NCBI GenBank assembly: GCA_025055835.1
Contig: JANWWR010000107.1
Span: forward strand, 1-58,928
DNA from: Gemmatales bacterium
Lineage (GTDB): Bacteria > Planctomycetota > Planctomycetia > Gemmatales > HRBIN36
Direction of reading: 5' to 3'
DNA length: 58,928 nt
Shown in pieces: positions 9,153 to 19,100 of the stretch. The position numbers were made by a program, and so were the translations under genes. The notes under the pieces are model-generated. The model saw only the letters and a list, made by a program, of their open reading frames with translations. It was not told the DNA's origin and made no database searches. The first letter of the stretch is position 1, and every line of letters begins with the position of its first letter.

Positions 9153-9470
9153 ATGAACACGCTCAAACTGCTGGCGATGGTGGTGGTCGTGGTGCTGGTC
9201 TGCGCCTTCCCGGCGTTCGCGGCTGACACAGCCGGGGCCAATTCGCCATTCTACGGCAACGCCATCGGGGCCGGGTTCGGGGCAGCCTTGACCACCATCG
9301 GAGCCGGTTTCGGCTTCGGACGGATCGGCAGCGCGGCCCTGGAAAGCATGGCTCGGCAACCGGAAGTGGCGGGACGGGTGCAGACGGGCATGCTGATCAT
9401 CGCGGCCCTGCTCGAAGGTGCGACCTTCTTCGCCCTCATCGTCTGCATCATCATGGCCACCAAGGCTTGA
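9153..9470 (+). CDS. atpE: F0 subunit c (H+-type) with an N-terminal signal-peptide-like extension
   Basis: GAGFGFG, ARQPE loop, carboxylate in LLEGA. True start is ATG 9153 within the longer track ORF 8757-9470. Confidence 0.95.
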   Translation: MNTLKLLAMVVVVVLVCAFPAFAADTAGANSPFYGNAIGAGFGAALTTIGAGFGFGRIGSAALESMARQPEVAGRVQTGMLIIAALLEGATFFALIVCIIMATKA

Positions 9471-9526
9471 GAGCGCCTTGCACTGCTTGGCATGCCTCGG
9501 CGGAAAGGCTGACTTCGAGGTTGCAC

Positions 9527-10270
9527 ATGTTGCGTTGGATTCCGGCCGCTTTTGCGATGGCCGTCTGGCTCTTGTTCGTCGTTTCAGCGTCGGCCGCGGA
9601 TGAGCCTGCCTTGGAAAAGGGCAAGACCGCGCCAGCCGCCAAGGCGGATCATGGTCACGCTCATGGCGGGGATCATGCCGGTCCGAGTGGTCACGGCGGC
9701 GACACAGCGGGCCACGGTCACGGCGACGGACACGAGGAGGAAGGCGGCTTACTGTCCTTCAACCTGGACCTCGGCGTCTGGACGCTGGTGGTCTTTCTGC
9801 TCCTGCTGGTGATCCTCAAGCAGCTGGCTTGGAAGCCGATGCTCGAAGGCCTCAAGAAGCGGGAGGATTCCATCCGCTCCGCCCTGGAAGAGGCCCAGAA
9901 GGCCCGCGAGGAAGCGGAACAACTGCGGTTGAAGCTCCAGAAGGAAATGGACCACGCGGCGGAAACCGTGCGAGCGATTCTGGAAGAAGCCCGGCGGGAC
10001 GCCCAGCACACCTCCGAGCAGATGCTTGCCAAGGCACGGGAAGAGATCAATCTGGAGCGCGAACGGCTCCAGCGGGAATTGACCATCGCCAAGGACCAGG
10101 CCCTCCAGGAACTCTGGAACCAGGCGGCCGACCTGGCGACGCTGATCTCCGCCAAGGCCATTCGACGCAACCTGACACCGGAAGATCATCGCCGTCTCAT
10201 GGACGAGGCGCTGGCCGATCTGCGGCAGGTTTCGCGGTTCGGGTCGAACGACCTGAGCGGCATCCTGTAG
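9527..10270 (+). CDS. atpF: F0 subunit b with a signal peptide and His-rich extension
   Basis: WTLVVFLLLLVILKQLAWKPML-GL--RE--I followed by a long coiled coil; GAGG SD before ATG 9527. Confidence 0.93.
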   Translation: MLRWIPAAFAMAVWLLFVVSASAADEPALEKGKTAPAAKADHGHAHGGDHAGPSGHGGDTAGHGHGDGHEEEGGLLSFNLDLGVWTLVVFLLLLVILKQLAWKPMLEGLKKREDSIRSALEEAQKAREEAEQLRLKLQKEMDHAAETVRAILEEARRDAQHTSEQMLAKAREEINLERERLQRELTIAKDQALQELWNQAADLATLISAKAIRRNLTPEDHRRLMDEALADLRQVSRFGSNDLSGIL

Positions 10271-10291
10271 CCGTCTGGCAAAGGCTTGGGT

Positions 10292-10933
10292 ATGAGTTCG
10301 CAGCCTTCGACCAATCATCGGGCCGGTTTTCGTGACCTCATCACCGACGTGGGCGCACTCCGCGTCGCCAAGGTCTATGCCGAAGCGCTTCTCAATGCCG
10401 CCGAGAAACGCAATCAAGCCCAGGAAATCTGGGAAGAACTTGATTCCCTGGTCACCGATATCTTCGCTGCCAAGCCGGAACTGGAGGTATTCCTTTCGAG
10501 TGGGGCCATCGGCCGTAACGCCAAGGAAAACGTCCTCCGCAAGGTCTTTGAGGGTCGGGCCAGCGAACTGTTCCTGAACTTTCTGATGGTTCTCAATCGG
10601 CACGACCGTCTCAACCTGCTGCGGGCCGTGCGGCAAAGTTATCGAGACTTGATGAATGCCCGTGCCCGACGGATCGTGGTTCAGGTCCGCACTGCCGCTC
10701 CGATGGAAGAAGACCAGCGGCAGCGGTTGATCGACAACATCCGCGAGTCGCTGCACCTGGAGCCAGTCCTCGAAGAGCGGGTCGATCCCGATCTGCTCGG
10801 CGGGCTGGTCCTCCGCGTCGGCGATCAGATGTTCGATGGCTCGGTGCGGACCCGTCTGCTCAAACTTCGAGAGAAATTACGCGAGAGAAGCAGCCATGAG
10901 ATTCAAAGCCGACGAGATCGTTTCAGTGCTTGA
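10292..10933 (+). CDS. atpH: F1 subunit delta
   Basis: [39 protein letters not shown]. Confidence 0.95.
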   Translation: MSSQPSTNHRAGFRDLITDVGALRVAKVYAEALLNAAEKRNQAQEIWEELDSLVTDIFAAKPELEVFLSSGAIGRNAKENVLRKVFEGRASELFLNFLMVLNRHDRLNLLRAVRQSYRDLMNARARRIVVQVRTAAPMEEDQRQRLIDNIRESLHLEPVLEERVDPDLLGGLVLRVGDQMFDGSVRTRLLKLREKLRERSSHEIQSRRDRFSA

Positions 10934-12596
10934 GGCCGAGATTTCGCAGTTTCGGCCGCAATTGGAAGCACAAACCGTTGGCCGGGTCCTGGAGGTGGGC
11001 GACGGCATCGCCCGAATCTACGGGCTTGGCTCGGTGATGGCTGGCGAGATGGTCGAGTTCGTCCGCACCGGCGTCTTCGGTCTGGCCTTCAACCTTGAAG
11101 AAAACTCGGTCGGCGTCATCATCCTCGGCGACTATTTGCAGATCGAGGAAGGGGACGAAGTCCGCTGCACCGGACAGCTTTTGCAGGTGCCCGTCGGCGA
11201 TGCGCTGATCGGTCGGGTCGTTGATCCGCTGGGGAATCCCCTGGACGGCGGCGGTCCCATCGTCACCGACAAGCGCCGTCCCGTCGAATGGACCGCTCCC
11301 GGCGTCGCCGAGCGCCAGCCGGTCAACCAGCCGCTCCAGACCGGCATCAAGGCCATCGACTCGATGACTCCCATCGGTCGCGGCCAGCGGGAACTCATCA
11401 TCGGCGACCGCAAGACCGGCAAGACCGCGATCGCCGTGGACACCATCATCAACCAGAAGCACGAAAACGTCATCTGCGTCTACGTCGCCATCGGTCAGAA
11501 GGAATCGACGACGGCCCAGGTGGTTGAAAACCTTCGCAAGTACGGGGCGATGGACTACACGATCGTCGTGGTCGCTTCCGCCTCCGTGGCCGCTCCCCTG
11601 CAATACATCGCACCCTATGCCGGCTGTGCGATGGCCGAGTACTACATGTACGAGCAGGGGCGGGATACCCTCTGCGTCTACGACGACCTGACCAAGCAGG
11701 CGGCGGCGTATCGGCAGCTGTCGCTGCTTCTGCGTCGGCCTCCCGGACGGGAAGCCTATCCCGGCGACGTGTTCTACTGCCACTCGCGGCTCCTGGAGCG
11801 GTCGGCCAAGCTGGCGGAACGCTGGGTCATCGTGCCGAAAGACGCCGACGAGTCGAAGGTCACGGACAACTGGTCGGTCATCCGCAAGGAAAACGATCAG
11901 CCCGTCGTCTTCGTTGGCCCGCTGGAAAAGCACCACGCGGAAAAGGAGGTCCTGCCGAAGTACCCTGGTCACAAGCTGGCTAAGGTGGTCGGCTCCGGCG
12001 GATCGCTGACAGCCTTGCCGATCATCGAGACGTTGGAAGGCGAAGTGTCGGCGTATATCCCGACCAACGTGATTTCCATTACCGACGGACAGATTTACCT
12101 GCAACCGGACCTGTTCTTCGCCGGGGTGCGTCCGGCCATTGACGTCGGCATCAGCGTGTCCCGCGTCGGCGGCAAGGCCCAGACGCCGGCCATGAAGACC
12201 ATCGCCGGCAGCCTCCGCCTCGACCTCGCGGCGTTCCGCGCGTTGGAGGCATTCGCCCAGCTCGGCACGGAACTCGACAAGGCGACACAGGCCCAGCTCG
12301 ATCGCGGCTATCGCATGGTGGAAATCCTCAAGCAGCCGCAGTTCCGGCCGATGCACGTCATTGACCAGGTCATGATTATCTACGCCGGTACCCGAGGCTT
12401 CCTGGACAAGATTCCGCGCAACCAGGTGGCCGCCTGGGAGGAGCAGTTCCTCCAATTCATGCGGGAACAGAAGCCGGAAGTACGCGATCTGATCCTCAAG
12501 CCGGGGGCCTTCAAGAAGGATGCCGAAGGCAAGCCCTACATCCCGGAGCTGGATGCCGCCATCGAGTTCTTCCAGCCCCAGTTCAAGCCGGTGTAG
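10896..12596 (+). CDS. atpA: F1 subunit alpha with an internal insertion
   Basis: [48 protein letters not shown]. Start at ATG 10896 overlaps atpH by 38 nt. Confidence 0.98.
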   Translation: MRFKADEIVSVLEAEISQFRPQLEAQTVGRVLEVGDGIARIYGLGSVMAGEMVEFVRTGVFGLAFNLEENSVGVIILGDYLQIEEGDEVRCTGQLLQVPVGDALIGRVVDPLGNPLDGGGPIVTDKRRPVEWTAPGVAERQPVNQPLQTGIKAIDSMTPIGRGQRELIIGDRKTGKTAIAVDTIINQKHENVICVYVAIGQKESTTAQVVENLRKYGAMDYTIVVVASASVAAPLQYIAPYAGCAMAEYYMYEQGRDTLCVYDDLTKQAAAYRQLSLLLRRPPGREAYPGDVFYCHSRLLERSAKLAERWVIVPKDADESKVTDNWSVIRKENDQPVVFVGPLEKHHAEKEVLPKYPGHKLAKVVGSGGSLTALPIIETLEGEVSAYIPTNVISITDGQIYLQPDLFFAGVRPAIDVGISVSRVGGKAQTPAMKTIAGSLRLDLAAFRALEAFAQLGTELDKATQAQLDRGYRMVEILKQPQFRPMHVIDQVMIIYAGTRGFLDKIPRNQVAAWEEQFLQFMREQKPEVRDLILKPGAFKKDAEGKPYIPELDAAIEFFQPQFKPV

Positions 12597-12643
12597 CCGA
12601 CCGTGATTCGGGGGACATCAAGCAACGGCAAGGTTGACCGCAC

Positions 12644-13534
12644 ATGGCAAAGACTCGTGCCCTGCTGAAGCGCCGCAAGGCCATCCGCAACATCCACAAA
12701 ATTACCCGGACGATGGAACTGATCGCCACGTCCCGGTTCCAGCGGGCCATGGTCCGTGCCCAGCAGGCCGCCGCATTCACCCGCAAGATCACTGAACTGG
12801 CCGCCGACCTCAGCCTCTCAGCGGTCAACATCGATCATCCGTTGTTGAAAAAGCGAGAGCCGACCAAGCGGGCCGTGCTTCTGGTGATCTGTTCCAATCG
12901 CGGCCTGTGCGGCGGCTACAACGCAGCCATTCTGCGGCAGGCCACGCTCCGCTATCAGGAGCTTCGCCAGGCCGGGACGGAACTTGAACTGGACGTCTCC
13001 GGCAAGCGCGGCATCGCCTATTTCCGCTACCAGGGAATCACCCCGGCCCTGACATACACCCAGTTCGAGGACAAGCCGGCCTTCGAACAGGTGGAGCCAA
13101 TCGCCGACCGCCTCATCGAAGCCTACGTCCAGGAGAAGATCGACCGGGTGGACGTGGCCTACATGAAGTTCCTCAGCCCGGCAAGGCAGACGGCGGTGGC
13201 GGAGACGCTGCTGCCGCTGGCCTCGGAGGCCGCTTGGCCCACAGCTTCCGCGGCGAGTCCGAAGCGGGAAGCGAAAGTCGAGTACGAGTTTCTGCCCAGC
13301 GCTCGGGAAATCCTCGGCGAGATTCTGCCGTGGTCGTTCAAGGTTCGGCTGTTCAAATGCTTCCTCGATGCCGCTGTCAGTGAGCAGATCGCCCGGCGGG
13401 TGGCCATGAAGGCCGCCACGGAGAACGCGGCGGATATGATCAAAACGATCACGCGGCAATACAACCGAGCCCGGCAGGCGCAGATCACCAAGGAAATTGC
13501 TGAAGTCATCGGCGGCGCGGCGGCTTTGGAATGA
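12644..13534 (+). CDS. atpG: F1 subunit gamma
   Basis: KITRTMELIA, SNRGLCGGYN, SEQIARRVAMKAATENA, YNRARQAQITKEI-E. Confidence 0.97.
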   Translation: MAKTRALLKRRKAIRNIHKITRTMELIATSRFQRAMVRAQQAAAFTRKITELAADLSLSAVNIDHPLLKKREPTKRAVLLVICSNRGLCGGYNAAILRQATLRYQELRQAGTELELDVSGKRGIAYFRYQGITPALTYTQFEDKPAFEQVEPIADRLIEAYVQEKIDRVDVAYMKFLSPARQTAVAETLLPLASEAAWPTASAASPKREAKVEYEFLPSAREILGEILPWSFKVRLFKCFLDAAVSEQIARRVAMKAATENAADMIKTITRQYNRARQAQITKEIAEVIGGAAALE

Positions 13535-13538
13535 TTCA

Positions 13539-15117
<1,579 letters not shown>

Positions 15118-15167
15118 CAACACCGCGCGGCTTGACGGAGAGGGTATTTCGGAGAGCGACGCAAATC

Positions 15168-16082
15168 ATGCCCTGGCTCGGCGCGCATCTGTCGGTCGCC
15201 GGCGGCTTCTACAAGGCGGTTCACACGGCCGATGCGCTGGGCATGGAAGCCGTGCAGATTTTCACCCACAGTCCGACACAGTGGGTCGTCACCGCCGAAG
15301 CCTCCCGGGGCAGATCGCCACGGTCGGGAAAAGCGTCGAAGTGGCGGAGCAAACCCCTCGATCCCCAGGCCGTTGCCGCCTTTCACGAAGCCCGCAAGCA
15401 TTCGAAGGTCCGCTGCTTTCTGGCCCACGACAGCTACCTCATCAACGTCGCCTCCGCCGATCCGCATCTGCGGCGCAGGTCCATCGAAGCGTTGATCGTC
15501 GAGATGGAGCGGGCCGAAGCGCTGGGGCTATTCGCCCTGGTCATGCATCCGGGGGCGGGACAAAGCGACGAGGATCGGGACGCCATCCTCCGCATCGCGG
15601 AGGCCTTGGATGAGGTCCATCAGCGTTGCCCGAAAAACCCGGTGCGTATCCTGTTGGAAACGACGGCGGGGCAAGGCTCAACGCTCGGCCACCGCTTCGA
15701 GCACCTGGCGGAGATTCTCTCCCGCGTCCGCCAGCCGGAACGGCTTGGCGTCTGCTTCGACACCTGCCACGTCTTCGCCGCGGGCTATCCGCTGGCCCCG
15801 GAGAAGGCATATCGGGAAACGCTGCGGCAGTTCGACGCCATCGTCGGAGTGAAACGCATCGCCGCTTTTCATCTCAACGACAGCGCGAAACCCCTCGGCA
15901 GCCGCGTGGACCGCCACGCCCACATCGGCCGGGGATGCCTGGGACTGGAACCGTTCCGTCTGCTGCTCAATGACCCGCGTTTCCGCAAACATCCGATGCT
16001 GATGGAAACGCCTAAGGGCACGGAGAACGGCGTGGACCTCGACGAAATCAACCTCCACACGCTCCGCACCCTACTCGCATAA
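15168..16082 (+). CDS. nfo: Endonuclease IV (deoxyribonuclease IV)
   Basis: GAHLS-AGG, HDSYLIN, HPG, LLETTAGQG, CFDTCHVFAAGY, HLNDS, DRH-HIG, ETP. Start at ATG 15168. Confidence 0.95.
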   Translation: MPWLGAHLSVAGGFYKAVHTADALGMEAVQIFTHSPTQWVVTAEASRGRSPRSGKASKWRSKPLDPQAVAAFHEARKHSKVRCFLAHDSYLINVASADPHLRRRSIEALIVEMERAEALGLFALVMHPGAGQSDEDRDAILRIAEALDEVHQRCPKNPVRILLETTAGQGSTLGHRFEHLAEILSRVRQPERLGVCFDTCHVFAAGYPLAPEKAYRETLRQFDAIVGVKRIAAFHLNDSAKPLGSRVDRHAHIGRGCLGLEPFRLLLNDPRFRKHPMLMETPKGTENGVDLDEINLHTLRTLLA

Positions 16083-16088
16083 ATCACC

Positions 16089-16150
16089 GGCGAGCGGAGG
16101 GCGTCAGCCCTCTGGTCTTCCGGCGAGCGGAGGGCGTCAGCCCTCCGGTC
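16089..16150 (+). repeat. Two REP-like palindromes (family A) between convergent nfo and A2M genes
   Basis: GGCGAGCGGAGGGCGTCAGCCCTC(T/C)GG with cores at 16091 and 16124; GGAGGGC-gtca-GCCCTCC stem-loop. Confidence 0.85.
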
Positions 16151-16154
16151 CCCC

Positions 16155-19100
16155 TCACCGCACCTCCATCAGCAGCGACCGACTCCGCCCCTGCCGATCC
16201 GCGTTGTAATACTCATACACCCGCGCTCCCGGCACCGTGACCTTGACGGGCATCGTCGCCTGCAATTGATACCGCAGGGTCAATTCGCGCCCCGGAGGCA
16301 GGCTCCGCAGATAGACCACGACGCTTCTCGGATTGGCCTGATACTTCTCGATCCGACGGTCACGCACCATCCCTTCCCACTCTTCGGAGAGGATGCCGAA
16401 GCCGGCGGGGATTGGCAGATCGAGAATGACCATCGGAGCTTCCACTTCCATGTTGTTCCGAATCCGAGCCGTGACTTCCACCGTATCGCCGACCGCCAGG
16501 TTGGTCTTGTCGTAATCCAGCGTGATCGTCAGCGGTTCCTGGGGCGGCGGCTGATCGGAATCGGGAACGTGATGTCGGAAGAGGATCTGGAAGCTGGAAG
16601 CGGAGGCAGAAGTTTCCCCGATCCGCAGCGAATTGCGACCCGCTGCCAGCCGGTCGGACAGGTCGATCACCTTCATGACGTCATCTTGGTCGGCCGGAAT
16701 GACCAGTTCCTGCCGGTGGTCGCCGAGGACGATCTCGATGCGCCGCTCCTGACCACCGCCGAGCGGCTTGCCAGTCCCGGCCAGCAGGGCCTTGAGGGCC
16801 AGCACCGTGCCCTGCGTGGTGCCGAAGGTGCCGTTCTGACTCCGCTGCCGCGTCAACCATGCCAGTCCAGCCCGGATGTCAGCCGGATAGCGATTTTTCT
16901 CGAGAAGTGCGAGCAGGGCAAGGGCCGTCGCCTCCACCGAAGCACCCTCGCCGTAGGCATAAAACAACGTGCCTTGGCCCGCGTCGAGCGTCCACCAGAC
17001 GGTCTTGTTCTCCGCGTCGGTTTTCTTCAAAGCTTGCAGGCGTTCGAGGTACGGAACCAATTCTGCGTCCGGGGTCTGGCAGGCGATCAAGGCGTTGCAG
17101 GTAAGGGCCAGCACATAGGCGTTGTCAAACTCCCTCGGCGGACGGGCCAGCAGGTAGCGGCGTGTCGAGGCTGTCTCGGCCGAGTCGTCACGGTTGCCGG
17201 AACCGAAAACGGCCCAGGCGACGTAAGCCGTGGTCAGGTAGGTTTCCCAACCGACATCGCGTCCGCCGCCTAAGTCTCCGGCGGCCAATCTGCGGCCCTC
17301 CGAGGACCAGGAGCCGTCGGGATCCCGCTTACGGAGCAGCCAGGCCCGGGTGCGGGTGATCAGCCTCGGGTCCACGTCATGGACCAAAGCCATGTCCTGA
17401 AACTCCATCAGCCCATAGGCGGTGAGGAGCACGTTGGCCGGTGGACGGCCGAACCAGTCGAAGCCGCCGCCCGGAACCTCGAAGCCGAGCAGCCGCTGAT
17501 AGCCGAGGTGGATGTATTGGCGGGCCTTGGCCTCAACCTCCGGTGCCGCCTGGTTGGACTTCCGCAGATAACTCAACGCCAGCACGTTCGGATAGGTGGT
17601 GGACGAGGTCTGCTCGAAACAACCGTAGGGCTGGCGGAAAATGCCTTCCAAGCCCTCAATCAACTGGCTGAACGCCGACGGGTAGATTTTGACCAGCAGT
17701 TTGCCGCTGCCTTCGATGGCCTGCTGCGGCAGCTCGAAATCGGCGGACACAGGCTGCTGCAAATCGCCGTTGACGACCTGCTCGACGGGCACGCCGTCCG
17801 GCACGACTTCGATGCCGCGTTTGACGGCGTCGGCGACGAAGCGGCTCTTGGCCGTGACCTGGAGCGTGTGCTTGCCGACCTGCTTCACCTTGATGCGGTA
17901 CGAGCGGGACAGCACCTGATTCGCTTCCAGGCGCAAACTTTGTTCGGCTTCGCCTTCGACCAGCTCGAACCACGGCTGAACTTCCAGGCGGATTTCGACC
18001 TGCTGTTCCTGATTGAGGTAGTTGCTGACAACGACCGGAATGCTGACCTCATCGCCCCGGGTTAGCGTCACGGGCAAATTGAGGTCCACGAAGAAGGGCT
18101 GGAACACCCGCACGCCGCTCTGCAAGCCCCCCAGCCGACCGTCGCCTGAAACCGCTCCCGCCGTTAATCGCCAAGTGGTGATCGAGTCCGCCAAGTCCAC
18201 TTCGATCTGAGCGAAGCCGTTGTCATCCGTGATGATCTCCGGCCGCCACAGCAGCGTTTCCGGGAAATACTCCCGCACCCGGACGGATTCCGTGGACCCT
18301 GCCTCACCCGGCTGGTTGGCCTGCCCTTCCTGGCCCACTTGGGGAGGAAGCATGGCTTCAACCTTGACATTGCCAGCCTCCGATCTTGACACCGGCAGCG
18401 CACTTTTGTCGGCTCCAAACAATCCCAGGGTCGCTACTAGCAGAAACACTCCGCCGCACCCGGCGACCCCTAAGAGGACTGCGTTGATCGCCACGACGAT
18501 CCACATTGGCCGGACGAACAGCCACAAGGCCAGGTAAAGAATCAGGCCCAGCATCACGTAGTACGCCGCCCAGAGCCGTAGCAACGTGTCCTCACTGCGT
18601 CTCCGCTCTTCGTCGACTTGCTCCTGCTTGCTTGGAAACGTGGTCAAGCGCAGCGAATACACGGAATTGAAATCCGGACTGGCAAAAGGACGTGCGGCCC
18701 GATCGGTTCCTGTCTGTGCCATCGAAGCGCGAGCATTGTCCGTCTGGGCGAGTTGAGAGAACAAGGCAAGCTCGAAGTCGTCCCAATCCCTTCCACGGCG
18801 GCGGCCGGGATGATCGGGATACCAATCGTAAATGGCGTAGATGGGCTTGAGCCGTTCCTGCTCCAGCGTGAAAAAGGTCTTTTCCATGCCGGGAGCCTGG
18901 CTCATCACGCTGAAGACGGCTTCGTCCACGATGGCGAGGCTGATCGCTCCCGGAGTCGGTTTGCCCTCCCCGTCAGTGATCTCGAAGCCGATCGTGGCCC
19001 GCTGGCCAGGGCGGAACTCCTCCTGGTTCATGATCGTGGTGATCTTCAGTTCTTGAGCCTGCTTGACGAAGATGGACCGGCTCTTGCGGACGGCCAGACC

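Noticed and set aside
9153-9470. Na+-translocating ATP synthase
   Set aside because: The c subunit has LEGA rather than ES/ET, and no Gln/Glu in the first helix (GAGFGFG), which is an H+-type signature.
18440-18470. Internal lipobox-like VAGC in the A2M hairpin as a separate lipoprotein start
   Set aside because: The frame is continuous with no stop or SD; noted only as a possible relic or coincidence.
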